Below, one piece after another: positions 9,962-20,013 of a stretch of 64,000 nucleotides of DNA. Under the pieces are notes generated by a model, which was not told where the DNA came from, did not search any database, and worked only from the letters and a program-made list of their open reading frames with translations. The stretch's first letter is position 1; the number at the start of each line of letters is the position of its first letter. The stretch lies in contig CAVVNF010000026.1 in NCBI GenBank assembly GCA_963749535.1, forward strand, positions 86,948 through 150,947, read 5' to 3'. The position numbers and the translations under genes were made by a program. The DNA is from an uncultured Thermoleophilia bacterium. GTDB taxonomy: Bacteria; Actinomycetota; Thermoleophilia; RBG-16-64-13.

Positions 9962-11440
9962 TCAACATTGGGTCTTGGCGGCGGCGGTCTCTTCCGATTC
10001 GGTGATCCCAGCCAGGTCCGTAGCCAAGCGCATCTTGCCGCCGATATCCACCTGACGCTGGATCATCACCTTCATCGCCTGGGGCGACCCCGCGCCGTGC
10101 ATCGATTCCACCAGGGCAGTGCCGCTGCTCATGCTTTCGATGAGCCGCGCGATGCGGATGCGGTCCTCGCTTGCCACGCCGGCCACTCCCTTGGAGTACT
10201 TCTCCACATACTTGCCGATCTCGGGACTGCTCAGATCTTGCTCGGATGGCAAGGTGGCTATCAGCCCGCCCGCGAGGTCCTGAGCCAGGCGGGCGATCTC
10301 GAACACGTTGCGGGTGACGTTCAGCTTCGTCACGTTCGCCAAGAGCGGGTCCACGTAATACTGCCCGGAAGGATCTTCCGAGCCTTCAGTGGAGCAGGCC
10401 AGCGAGCAGCAATACATGGTCTCGGCCAGGTGAGCCATCTCGGTCAACTTGTCCTTGACGTGGCTCGCCCGCTCCGTGCCCTGATACTTCGCCAGAGTGG
10501 CACACGCCCCGATGAGCACGTCGGCCACGCCCGCCTTGCAGCCGCCGTAATTCTGCCGATGGTAGGAGGCGAACCTCTCCACCAACTGACCGGCGAACTC
10601 GTATTCACCGCACATGAAAACCCGTTCCCAGGGGACGAACACGTCCTCGAACACGACGAGGGCCTCTCCCCCAACCGCGCCGAAGCACGAATTTCCCTGG
10701 TCTATCTCGCCTTCTTCCTTGCGGGAATCGTTGCTCTGCCGGCCGAAGATGCAGATGATGCCGGGAGTGTCCATCGGGACGGCGAAGGCGATGGCGTAGT
10801 CCGCATCCTCTGGCCCCAGAGCGACCGTCGGCATGACGATGATCTCGTGAGAGTTGACCGCGCCGGTCTGGTGAGCCTTAGCTCCCCGCACGACCACGCC
10901 GTCTTCCCGACGCTCCACGATATGCAGGAACTGATCGGGGTCGGCCTGCTTGCTGGGGGCAAGGCTCCGGTCGCCCTTCGGGTCGGTCATAGCCCCGTCG
11001 CACATCCTGTCCGTTTCCTGCACGTACAGCAGGAAGTCGGTCAGGCGCTTGTGGTACTCCGTGCCCTTGGCGGCGTCGATCTCATACGTGACGCCGTACA
11101 GCGCGTTGAGGGCGTCCCACCCGACGCACCGCTGAAAACACGAGCCCGTCTTCCGGGCGATCCCCCGCAGCGCCTTCACCTTGGCCACAAGATCTTCCCG
11201 GCTCTGATGAATGTGGGTGAACCGGTTTATCTGATCGCCCGTGAGGTGCGAGGTGGCCGTGCGCATCCCTTCGTTGTTCTGGGCGCCACACGCGGTGTTG
11301 TAGGTGACGGCTGCCGCATTGATGTGCGGTCTGATCGCCGGGTGGTCGACCCAGTTCTCCACTCTTTCCCCGCGGTAGTAGACCACGGTCTTCATCTCTC
11401 GCAGGCTGCGGATGTATTCCTCTCCGGTCATCATGATCAT
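9962..11440 (-). CDS. abfD: 4-hydroxybutyryl-CoA dehydratase / vinylacetyl-CoA delta-isomerase (AbfD family)
   Basis: 492 aa colinear with Clostridium aminobutyricum AbfD (EYIRSLR..., ENWVDHPMIRP, DGAMTDPKGDRSLAPSKQADPD, ESMHGAGSPQA). Confidence 0.85.
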   Translation of the reverse strand: MIMMTGEEYIRSLREMKTVVYYRGERVENWVDHPAIRPHINAAAVTYNTACGAQNNEGMRTATSHLTGDQINRFTHIHQSREDLVAKVKALRGIARKTGSCFQRCVGWDALNALYGVTYEIDAAKGTEYHKRLTDFLLYVQETDRMCDGAMTDPKGDRSLAPSKQADPDQFLHIVERREDGVVVRGAKAHQTGAVNSHEIIVMPTVALGPEDADYAIAFAVPMDTPGIICIFGRQSNDSRKEEGEIDQGNSCFGAVGGEALVVFEDVFVPWERVFMCGEYEFAGQLVERFASYHRQNYGGCKAGVADVLIGACATLAKYQGTERASHVKDKLTEMAHLAETMYCCSLACSTEGSEDPSGQYYVDPLLANVTKLNVTRNVFEIARLAQDLAGGLIATLPSEQDLSSPEIGKYVEKYSKGVAGVASEDRIRIARLIESMSSGTALVESMHGAGSPQAMKVMIQRQVDIGGKMRLATDLAGITESEETAAAKTQC

Positions 11441-11832
11441 GGACCCCCGGTGTTCTTGCCGGATCCACCGGCACTAGGACTCATGGAAAGTCGTTCAGCC
11501 GTTAGTATTCTTTCGAATCTTAGTCGACCGTCCCGGAAGACAGGAAAGAATTTGAGTCGGAGGCTGCCTCATGTTCAAACAAAGACGTGGCCCCAACCGT
11601 AGGACCAGCTGGCGCGGTCTGGGTGCCGGGGCAGGGTGCCGAGCACATCCACCAGCTGTGCGGTCGCCGTATTATAGAGGCGTGCGGAATGGGCAGCAAG
11701 GGACGCATCGCACGGCGGTTAAAGATTGCAGATTGCCGCTCTGAGACTTAGTCTCGTTAATACGCCCGGCGCGCTCGCGACATGCGCGGCAGGCGTGCGA
11801 CCCGGCGACCACGACGCGGCAGTGGAGACGGC

Positions 11833-12600
11833 ATGGATATCACTCAGTTCGATCTCACGGGCAAGGTGGCTGTCGTGACGGGCTCCACCAAGGGAATCGG
11901 CCTCAGCCTCGCACTTGGGCTGGCCGACAGAGGCGCGGATCTGGTGGTGACCAGCAGGAGCCAACCGGACTGTGAGGCTGTCTGCACGAAGATCCGAGAG
12001 TTGGGACGCAAGGCTTTGGCGAAATCGTGCGACGTGACCAACCGCCGGAGCGTCGAGGAGTTGGCCGACGAGGCCGTCCGCGAATTCGGGCGGGTCGACA
12101 TTCTCGTCAACAATGCAGGCACGGCCATCACCAAGGCCGCCGAAGAGCTGACCGAAGAGGACTGGGACAAGGTGGTCGACGTCGATCTGAAGGGCGTCTT
12201 CTTCTGCTCCGTGGTCTTCGGCAGGCAGATGATCGCCCAGGGCGGGGGCAAGATCATCAACATCGCCTCCATCCTGGGACTGGTGGGCGACAAGCAGGTG
12301 CTTCCCTATTGCGTGGCCAAAGGCGGCGTCGTCCAGATGACAAGGGCGCTTGCCTTGGAATGGGCGAAACACAACATCCAGGTGAACGCCCTCTGCCCGG
12401 GATATGTGAAGACTGCGATGAACGAGGCCGATATCGTGGCGAACGAGAGGATCTACAAGCACATCGTCGGCAAGACCCCCATGCGAAGGCTTGGCGAGGT
12501 GGGAGAACTGGTGGGCCCCCTGGTCTTTCTCGCCTCCGATGCCTCCAGCTACATGACCGGTCAGACGCTGGTGATCGACGGGGGCTGGACGGCTGAGTGA
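11833..12600 (+). CDS. Short-chain dehydrogenase/reductase (SDR); candidate phloroglucinol-type reductase by context
   Basis: TGSTKGIG Rossmann motif, NNAG, and the catalytic YxxxK region (YCVAKGG). The track ORF starts at 11782; ATG at 11833 gives MDITQFDLTGK. Confidence 0.85.
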   Translation: MDITQFDLTGKVAVVTGSTKGIGLSLALGLADRGADLVVTSRSQPDCEAVCTKIRELGRKALAKSCDVTNRRSVEELADEAVREFGRVDILVNNAGTAITKAAEELTEEDWDKVVDVDLKGVFFCSVVFGRQMIAQGGGKIINIASILGLVGDKQVLPYCVAKGGVVQMTRALALEWAKHNIQVNALCPGYVKTAMNEADIVANERIYKHIVGKTPMRRLGEVGELVGPLVFLASDASSYMTGQTLVIDGGWTAE

Positions 12601-13059
12601 CCGTCTCCTGGACCCGGTCCGAGCGGCTTGCGCGCACCTGAGCGACTGTGTAATATCGGGCGCGGAGCGGCTCTTGAGCCGTTTCGACATGAGGTCGGGA
12701 CCCGCCTCCACCTAGAGCGGGTCCTCCAGCTGGCATAGGCCCACCAACTCCCACACCAAGGGAGACCCGGACCGGCGGAGCCCTTAGTCCAGTGTGCCAA
12801 GCTCAGGTGGCGGCTGAGCCTATTTTGTTCCGACCCGTAAGGGGGGGCAAGTTGGGGCACCGGATTGATGCAGCAAGGCCAGGCCTGCCTCGGGTGGGGC
12901 CCTTTGCTTTTTCCTGCGCACTGGAGACGGAGATGTCGGTTTCACTTTTCACCCCTGAGACCCGCAGAGAACGGTCGGCATCCCGTCGTCTCCAAACCGT
13001 CCGGATCCGTGGTTGCTCCACACTGGCAACAATCCGTGATTGAAAGGGGCGTCTCTGCC

Positions 13060-15645
13060 ATGGGACAAGTCGAGAGACTGACCAACTGCACGACCGGTGG
13101 GCCGGTGTTCGTCGATGTACGAGACGGCAAGATCGTGCGTATCACCCCCATCGAGCTGGACGACACCGACGCCGAGTCCTGGAGCATCGAGGCGAGAGGC
13201 CGCCGCTTCGCGCCGCCACGCAAGACCACGAGTTCGCCGTGGACGGTCGCGCACAAGTCCTCCATCTACTCGCCCAAACGCATCCTCACCCCGCTCAAGC
13301 GGGCCGACTTCGACCCCAAGAGCAAGCGCAACTGCCAGAATCGAGGCGTCTCGGGCTACGTGCCCATCAGCTGGGACGAGGCTCTCGATCTCGTCGCCGA
13401 AGAGATCGTCAAGGTGAAGCGTGAGGTGGGCCCGGCCGGCATGCTGACCACGGCAAGCTCGCATCACCTGTGGGGCAATGTCGGATACCGGTTCAGCGCC
13501 TATTTCCGCTTCATCAACCTGTTGGGATTCACCTACGCGGAGCACAACCCGGACAGCTGGGAGGGCTGGCTCTGGGGGGCGATGCATATGTGGGGCAACA
13601 GCCACCGCCTCGGCATCCCCGAGCAGTACGACCTCCTGGAAGACGCGCTTCAGAACACGGAGATGATCGTGTTCTGGTCGGCCGACCCGGAGGCCACCAG
13701 CGGCGCTTATGCCGGTTTCGAGAGCACTTCCCGGCGCTTCTGGCTGAAGGAGCTGGGCGTCAAGATGGTCTTCATCGACCCGTACTTCAATCACACGGCC
13801 GGCTTGCATTCCGACAAGTGGCTCGCTCCTCGCATGGGCACCGACGTGGCCATCGGACTTGGGATCGCATTCACCTGGCTCACTGAGGGCACGTACGACA
13901 AGGAATACGTGGCCTCTCGGACCTCCGGCTTCGACGCGTGGAAGGACTACGTTCTCGGCGTCAAGGACGGGCGGCCCAAGACGCCGGAATGGGCCGAAGG
14001 TGAGAGCGGCATCCCCGCCCGGGAGATCCGCGCCCTGGCGCGGGAATGGGCTTCCAAGAAGACGATGCTGGCCGCGGGCGGACCCGGCGGCATGGGCGGC
14101 GCCTGCCGGTCCGCCGCCGGGAACGAATGGGCCCGCATGATGATCGCCCTTGCCGCGATGCAGGGCATGGGAAAACCGGGCAGCAACATCTGGGGGACGA
14201 CATCCGGCGCGCCGATAGACACCACCTTCATGTTCCCCGGCTACTCGGAAGGCGGCATCTCCGGCGACCTGATCAACTCCGGGGCGGGTTTTCGCTTCGT
14301 GTACCGGATGTTCCCGAACGGTGGGGCCACAGCCAACCCCCACGCCTCCACCGAAGGTCAGAGGGTGCCTCGCCTGCACATCCCCGAGGCCATGCTCCAC
14401 GAGCATCTGGAGTGGCGGGGCAAAGGATTCGCCGGCTCACACATCGAGGGACAATTCCAGCCGTACCAATATCCGGCTTCGGGCTACCCTCACGTCAAGA
14501 TGTACTACCGCTACGGTGGCTCCTTCATCGGCACCATGACGGATACGAACCGATACGTGCGTGCCTACCAGAGCGACACCGTCCCGTTCGTGGTCAACCA
14601 GTCGGTGTGGATGGAAGGGGAGGCTCAGTTCGCGGATATCATCCTGCCCGCCTGCACTAACTTCGAGCGCTGGGATATCGGCGAGTGGGCCAACTGCTCG
14701 GGCTACATGCCGGACTCGTACGTGCAGCTGAACCACCGGGTGATCGTCCTGCAGAAGAAGTGCATCGAGCCCTTGGGCGATTCTAAGTCGGACTACGAGA
14801 TCTTCGCGGAGCTCGCCAAGCGCCTCGACATCTACGGGCCGTTCAGCATGGGCGGCAAGGACGAGTACGACTGGGTGAAGGACTTCTTCTACGCCACAGA
14901 CCTCGCCAAGCACATCACCTGGGAGGAGTTCGAGAAGAAGGGCTACTACGTGGTGCCGGCTCCCAAGGACCGGGAGTCCACGCCGGCCATGCGCTGGTTT
15001 GCCGAAGGCAGGAAGCGCGACACGCCCGACTGGGGCCCGGCTCCGTGGGACACCGTGCGCGGGGAAGGTCTGCAGACCACCACGGGCAAGATCGAGTTCG
15101 TGTCCAGCAGTCTGGGGCGGCTCGAGGCTACCGGCACTGTCGATCCCGAACGCCCGGTCATGGGTCCGCAGTACTTCGAGAGCTGGGAAGGCCATCACAC
15201 CAGCGAGCTGTACGACAAGTACCCCCTGCAGATGGTTTCGCCCCATCCCAAGTTCAGCTTCCACACCATCGGCGACTCGAAAGGCAGCTGGACCAACGAG
15301 GTGAAAGACCACCGCGTTCTGAAGGAAGACGGGCGCTACTACTGGCTCATGCGCCTGAACACCAAGGATGCGGCAGCCCGAGGCATCGAGGACGGCGACT
15401 TGGTGAGAGCCTTCAACGACCGGGGCTCGGTCATCCTGGCGGCGCAGATCACCGAAAGGCTGGCGCCGGGAACGGTGCATTCCTATGAGTCGTGCGCCGA
15501 ATACGACCCCATCGGGCGACCGGGCGAATCGGCGGACCGGGGCGGCTGCGTGAACCTACTTACGCCCAAGCGGCACCTCACTCCCACATCGTTCGGCATG
15601 GCCAACAACTCGTGTCTCATCCAGGTCGAGAAATGGGAGGGCTAG
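13060..15645 (+). CDS. Molybdopterin (bis-MGD) oxidoreductase, pyrogallol-phloroglucinol hydroxytransferase large-subunit-like (AthL family)
   Basis: N-terminus MGQVERLTNCTTGGPVFVDVRDGKIVRITP and internal blocks (SSHHLWGNVGYR, NPDSWEGWLWGAMHMWG, MQGMGKPGSN) are colinear with Pelobacter acidigallici AthL. There is no Fe-S Cys cluster and no TAT signal. RBS GAAAGGGG precedes the ATG at 13060. Confidence 0.85.
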   Translation: MGQVERLTNCTTGGPVFVDVRDGKIVRITPIELDDTDAESWSIEARGRRFAPPRKTTSSPWTVAHKSSIYSPKRILTPLKRADFDPKSKRNCQNRGVSGYVPISWDEALDLVAEEIVKVKREVGPAGMLTTASSHHLWGNVGYRFSAYFRFINLLGFTYAEHNPDSWEGWLWGAMHMWGNSHRLGIPEQYDLLEDALQNTEMIVFWSADPEATSGAYAGFESTSRRFWLKELGVKMVFIDPYFNHTAGLHSDKWLAPRMGTDVAIGLGIAFTWLTEGTYDKEYVASRTSGFDAWKDYVLGVKDGRPKTPEWAEGESGIPAREIRALAREWASKKTMLAAGGPGGMGGACRSAAGNEWARMMIALAAMQGMGKPGSNIWGTTSGAPIDTTFMFPGYSEGGISGDLINSGAGFRFVYRMFPNGGATANPHASTEGQRVPRLHIPEAMLHEHLEWRGKGFAGSHIEGQFQPYQYPASGYPHVKMYYRYGGSFIGTMTDTNRYVRAYQSDTVPFVVNQSVWMEGEAQFADIILPACTNFERWDIGEWANCSGYMPDSYVQLNHRVIVLQKKCIEPLGDSKSDYEIFAELAKRLDIYGPFSMGGKDEYDWVKDFFYATDLAKHITWEEFEKKGYYVVPAPKDRESTPAMRWFAEGRKRDTPDWGPAPWDTVRGEGLQTTTGKIEFVSSSLGRLEATGTVDPERPVMGPQYFESWEGHHTSELYDKYPLQMVSPHPKFSFHTIGDSKGSWTNEVKDHRVLKEDGRYYWLMRLNTKDAAARGIEDGDLVRAFNDRGSVILAAQITERLAPGTVHSYESCAEYDPIGRPGESADRGGCVNLLTPKRHLTPTSFGMANNSCLIQVEKWEG

Positions 15646-15705
15646 GCTTAATAGACGGCCGGGTAGGCTTCGACGGCGCTCGCGACTTCCGGAAAGGAGA
15701 GAGAC

Positions 15706-18311
15706 GTGGCGGAAAGTGACAACACTGACGGTTACCTCGGCGAGGAGCGGACCTTCGTCAAGGACCTTAGTTGGGCCGGGGTCGCGGTAGGGTGCGGCAC
15801 ATCCGCTGTTGACGTGAAGGACGGCAAGATCATCCGCATCCGACCCTTCCACTATGATTGGAAGTACGATCCCAAGGACTTCAACTCTTGGAAGATGCAG
15901 GTGCGGGGCAAGACCTTCGAGCCCAAGATGAAGTTCCTCTTGTCCCCGCTCAGCATCGGCTACAAGAAGCGGGTGTACTCGCCGGCCCGTCTGCGCTACC
16001 CGATGAGACGCGTGGATTTCGATCCCAAGGGAGAGCGCAATATCCAGAACCGGGGCAAGAGCAAGTTCGTGCGCATCTCCTGGGACGAGGCTCTCGACAT
16101 CATCACCGGTGAGATGCAACGGATCAAGGAGACCTACGGCCCGACCGCCATCCTTTACGAGTGCGATCAGCACGGCGAGAACAAGACCGTCCACGGCCCT
16201 CACGGCTGCGGTAGGAAGCTCATGAAGCTGTTCGGCGGCTACACGTTGCAGATCCGCGACCCGGATAGCTGGGAAGGCTGGACGTGGGGGGCCAAGCACG
16301 TATGGGGCTGCCAACCGGTGGGACAGCAGGTGCCGCAAAGCAACCTCCTGTACGACATCTCGAAGAACGCGGAGCTACTGCTGTTCTGGGGGTGCGACCA
16401 GGAGACCACTCCCTGGGGCTGGGGCGGACAGTTGCCCAGCCGCATCAGCTACTGGTGGAGCGACCTTGGCATCAAGCAGATCTACATCTCCCCTGACGTG
16501 AACTACGCGAACGCGGTGCACGCGGACAAGTGGATCCCCATCCTGCCGAACACCGACGCCGCCCTTTATCTGGCCATCGCCTATCAATGGTTCAAGGACG
16601 GCACGTACGACAAGGAGTACCTCGCCACCCACGCCTACGGCGTCGACAAGTTCGAAGACTACGTGATGGGACGAGAGGACGGGATCCCCAAGACTCCGGA
16701 TTGGGCTTCGCCTATCACCGGTGTGCCTTCCCGCACGATCAAAGCCCTGGCCTCCGACTGGGCCTCAAAGCGCACCACTATCTGCATCGGCAATGGGGGC
16801 CCCGGCATCCGCGGACCGTATTCCTCGGAGCCGGCAAGGCTGATGGTTCTCTGCTTGGCTATGCAGGGGCTGGGAAGACCGGGCTGCAACCAGGCCAAGA
16901 TGATCGAATGGGGAGTGTTCGACAACGAAGAGCAGCTCTCCCAGCCCAAGCCCCTCGTTCTGGCCGACTTGATGCCCGCCTACACAGGAGGACATCCAGC
17001 CGATACCAACCATCCGTCGTTCATTCCCAAGACCTTCGTGCCGAAGGCCATCCTCGAGGGCAAGTGCGACTGGTACGGCAACGAGTCGGAACTGCCTCCC
17101 CGCGAGGACCAGTTCATCCACTACGAGTATCCGGCCGAGGGCTGCTCCAAGATCCACATGGTGTGGACCGACTCGCCGTCCTGGATCACCTGCTGGAACT
17201 CGGGCAACGACTACGTGCGTGCCATGCGGCATCCCGACATCGAGTTCATGTTCTGTCAGCACCCGTGGCTGGAGAACGACGCCCTGCTGGCAGACATCAT
17301 CCTGCCGGTGAACACGAAGCTCGAGGAAGAGGACATCGGCGACGACGTCTTCAGCGGCCAGTTCCAGATGGTGTTCCCCGAGGAGAAATGCATCGAGCCC
17401 CTGGCTGAGTCGCTCACCGACTACGAGATCGTCTGCAAGATCGCCGACCGCCTCGGGCCTGCTTCAAGGAGTACACCGGGGGCAGGACGGTGAAGGATCT
17501 CATCCGGTATGGCTACGAGCATTCCCGGATCGCTCCGCTGATCAGCTGGGAGGAGTTCAACGAGAAGGGCTACTACGTCATCCCCACCGATCCGGACTGG
17601 GAGAAGGTCCCTGCCGGGCTGATCAACTTCTACAACGATCCCGAAAAGTATCCGCTCACCACGCCCACCGGTCTGCTCGAGTTCGAGGCGACCGGCCTTC
17701 TCGAGCACTTCCCCGACGACCCTGAGCGTCCGCCGGTGCCCAAGTGGATCCCGAAAGGCATCAGCCACGAGGAGACCATCGGGACGGAGCGGAGCAAGAA
17801 GTATCCGCTTCTGGTCATGAGCAACCACCCGCGCTGGGGCGTGCACTCTCAGCACGACGACATCACCTGGCTCCGCGAGATCGAGACCTGCAAGGTAAAG
17901 GGCCCGGACGGATATCAGTACCACCCCTGTGGATGCAATCCGAAAGACGCGGCGAAGCGGGGCATCAAGAACGGCGACGTGGTCTCGATCTATCAACGAC
18001 CGGGGCAGCGTCCTCGCCGGGGCCTACGTCACCGAGCGCATCATCCCGGGGGCGGTCGGCATCGACCACGGCGCCAAGTGGGATCCCCATCGATCCCGGC
18101 GTAGATCGACCGGGGCGGAGCCATCAACACCATCGTGCCGCGCAACACGACCTCGAAGAACGCGGTTGGTCACGCGGTCTCCGGCTTCCTGGTGGAAGTG
18201 GAGAAGACCGATCTGGAGGCGCTCAAGCGCAAGTACCCGGAGGCCTTCGCCCGCCCCTTCCACCGCGATGCTGGTCCGTACTGTCAAGGTTTTGTGGAGG
18301 GAGGTGAATGA
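15706..18311 (+). pseudogene. Second, divergent transhydroxylase-like molybdopterin large-subunit paralog, disrupted by at least four frameshifts in its 3' third
   Basis: Residues 1-595 are intact (ISWDEALD, DPDSWEGWTWGAKHVWG). The family-conserved C-terminal region continues in other frames (17490-18104, then ~17990-18311), and the true stop TGA at 18309-18311 overlaps the small-subunit ATG. Confidence 0.75.
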
Positions 18312-19135
18312 TGGGCAAGGTCATGATCATAGATCTGGCCATCTGCAACGGCTGCCACAACTGCCAGGTGTCCTGTAAAGACGAGCACGTGGCCAACGAC
18401 TGGTCACCCATCGCCCGTCCCCAGCCGGACACGGGCCAGTTCTGGAACAAGGTGGTCAACCTGGAGCGAGGCACGGTGCCCAAGGTGATGGTCACCTACC
18501 ATCACAGCATCTGCCAGCACTGCGACGAGGCTCCCTGCCTGGAAGCTTGCCCGCAGAAGGCCATCTACCAGCGCGCCGACGGCATCGTCATCATCGACCC
18601 GGACCAGTGCCGGGGTAACCAGCTCTGCCTGGAAGCCTGCCCCTACGAGAACGTCATCTACTTCAACGACGACCTCAATATCGCTCAGAAGTGCACCTTC
18701 TGCGCCCACCTCCTGGATAAGGGCTGGACGGAGACCCGTTGCTCGGACGCCTGCCCCACCGGCGCCTTCACCTTCGGGGACGAAGAGGACCTCAAGGACG
18801 TGATCGCGAAAGCCGCGCTCCTTAAGCCCGAGCTTCCCACCCGGCCCCGGGTCTACTACCTGAACCTGCCCAAGAAGTGGATCGCCGGCGAGGTGTACGA
18901 CAAGGAAGCCGACGAATGTACCAAGGGTGCGACCGTCACGGCTACCAACACCCAGACCGGAGAGAAAGTGAGCACCGTCACCGATCACTACGGCGATTTC
19001 TGGCTGAAGGACCTGCCCGACGGCCTCTACACGATCGTAGTGGAGAAGGCCGGCTACCTCACCCAGAAGCTGGGGCCTATCGACGCGACCCAGAAGGACC
19101 AGAACGTGGGGGATATCGGGATCTGGAAGGCCTAG
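18308..19135 (+). CDS. Transhydroxylase-like small (beta) subunit: 4Fe-4S ferredoxin domain plus C-terminal beta-sandwich domain (BthL family)
   Basis: CNGCHNCQVSC, CQHCDEAPCLEACP, CLEACP and CTFCAHL Cys clusters. It is colinear with P. acidigallici BthL (PRVYY..., C-terminal Ig-like domain). Confidence 0.85.
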   Translation: MMGKVMIIDLAICNGCHNCQVSCKDEHVANDWSPIARPQPDTGQFWNKVVNLERGTVPKVMVTYHHSICQHCDEAPCLEACPQKAIYQRADGIVIIDPDQCRGNQLCLEACPYENVIYFNDDLNIAQKCTFCAHLLDKGWTETRCSDACPTGAFTFGDEEDLKDVIAKAALLKPELPTRPRVYYLNLPKKWIAGEVYDKEADECTKGATVTATNTQTGEKVSTVTDHYGDFWLKDLPDGLYTIVVEKAGYLTQKLGPIDATQKDQNVGDIGIWKA

Positions 19136-19220
19136 TCCTCCGCTAGACGGAGAGTCGAAGAACGCGCAGGGATTTGGCACCCGGGGATTGAAGTCGTAAT
19201 CGCCCGTGAAGAAAGTCGAA

Positions 19221-19258
19221 AGACCTCCGCCCGCCAACTTTGGTGGGCGGAGGTCTTT
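19221..19258 (+). terminator. Hairpin terminator after the molybdoenzyme operon
   Basis: AAAG-ACCTCCGCCCGCC-aactt-GGTGGGCGGAGGTC-TTT: a 13-bp stem with one mismatch, then a short T-run. Confidence 0.55.
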
Positions 19259-19497
19259 GCGCGAGGCGGCGGATTCGAGGACGTTCGTCCCGGCTCGAGA
19301 GACTCGACAAGTCCATCCCGTCAAGGGCCGCCACCCATCCTGGCTGAGCAGCTCCAAGAGGAAACTCGGCATTGCGCCCGCCCCCAGCTTTCGGATACTC
19401 TCGGCGATGGTGGACACCCATGGTCTGCCGGGACGCCAGGATCCGGTGATGGGCGGCGACGCAAGGTCGGCAACGAGGGGGAGTACAGGGGGGAAAG

Positions 19498-20013
19498 ATG
19501 TCAGCCACTGGTTCGATGGCCACCGGCTGGTACATGCTCAAGCAGAGGGAGACTGCTGGGCAGGAGGCCGGTCCCTACACCTGGGAGCAACTCTACGAGC
19601 TGGCACAGACGGGCGCCGTGCAGCCAGGCGACTTGGTTTGGAACGCCCAGATGCCAGGTTGGCTGCCCGCGGCTAAGATCCCAGGGTTGGTGGCCGCGGC
19701 GGCCATACTCGCCGAGCCTATGGCGGCCGCACCTCCCAGCGGGCCCACCGGTCCCTTGGCCCAGCCCGGCCCAAGCCCGATGTCTGTCCATGTGACGCCT
19801 CCGGGCGCAGGGCCGACCCCGCCGTCGCGGCCGCCGAAACGCAAATGGCCATGGCCGGTACTCATTCCGCTCATCGCCCTGATCATCGTTGGTGGCGCTC
19901 TGGGCGGCTTTCTTCGCGCTGCACGACAGCGGCAAGAGCGGAAGCGCCGCGAGTTCAGGCACGGAGGTCACAACAACCTCGTCGTCCGCCCCATTGACGG
20001 CAAAGAGTACTGA
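19498..20013 (+). CDS. DUF4339 (GYF-like) domain protein with Pro-rich linker and one TM helix
   Basis: N-terminal GWYMLKQ...GPYTWEQL...GDLVWNAQMPGW motif, a PPSGPTGP linker, and TM WPVLIPLIALIIVGGALGGF followed by a basic tail. Confidence 0.55.
   Translation: MSATGSMATGWYMLKQRETAGQEAGPYTWEQLYELAQTGAVQPGDLVWNAQMPGWLPAAKIPGLVAAAAILAEPMAAAPPSGPTGPLAQPGPSPMSVHVTPPGAGPTPPSRPPKRKWPWPVLIPLIALIIVGGALGGFLRAARQRQERKRREFRHGGHNNLVVRPIDGKEY

Noticed and set aside
12697-12724. Hairpin GGGACCCGC-N11-GCGGGTCC after the SDR gene as an intrinsic terminator
   Set aside because: The stem is present but there is no downstream U-tract. It may still act in this high-GC lineage, but it is not called as a feature.
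12949-14406. 485-aa minus-strand ORF
   Set aside because: Antisense to the transhydroxylase large-subunit gene, with an Arg/Gly/Pro-rich composition and no domain signatures.
18404-19417. 337-aa ORF on the minus strand
   Set aside because: It lies entirely antisense to the well-supported small-subunit (BthL-like) gene. It is Ala/Gly/Arg-rich with no motifs, typical of spurious antisense ORFs in high-GC DNA.
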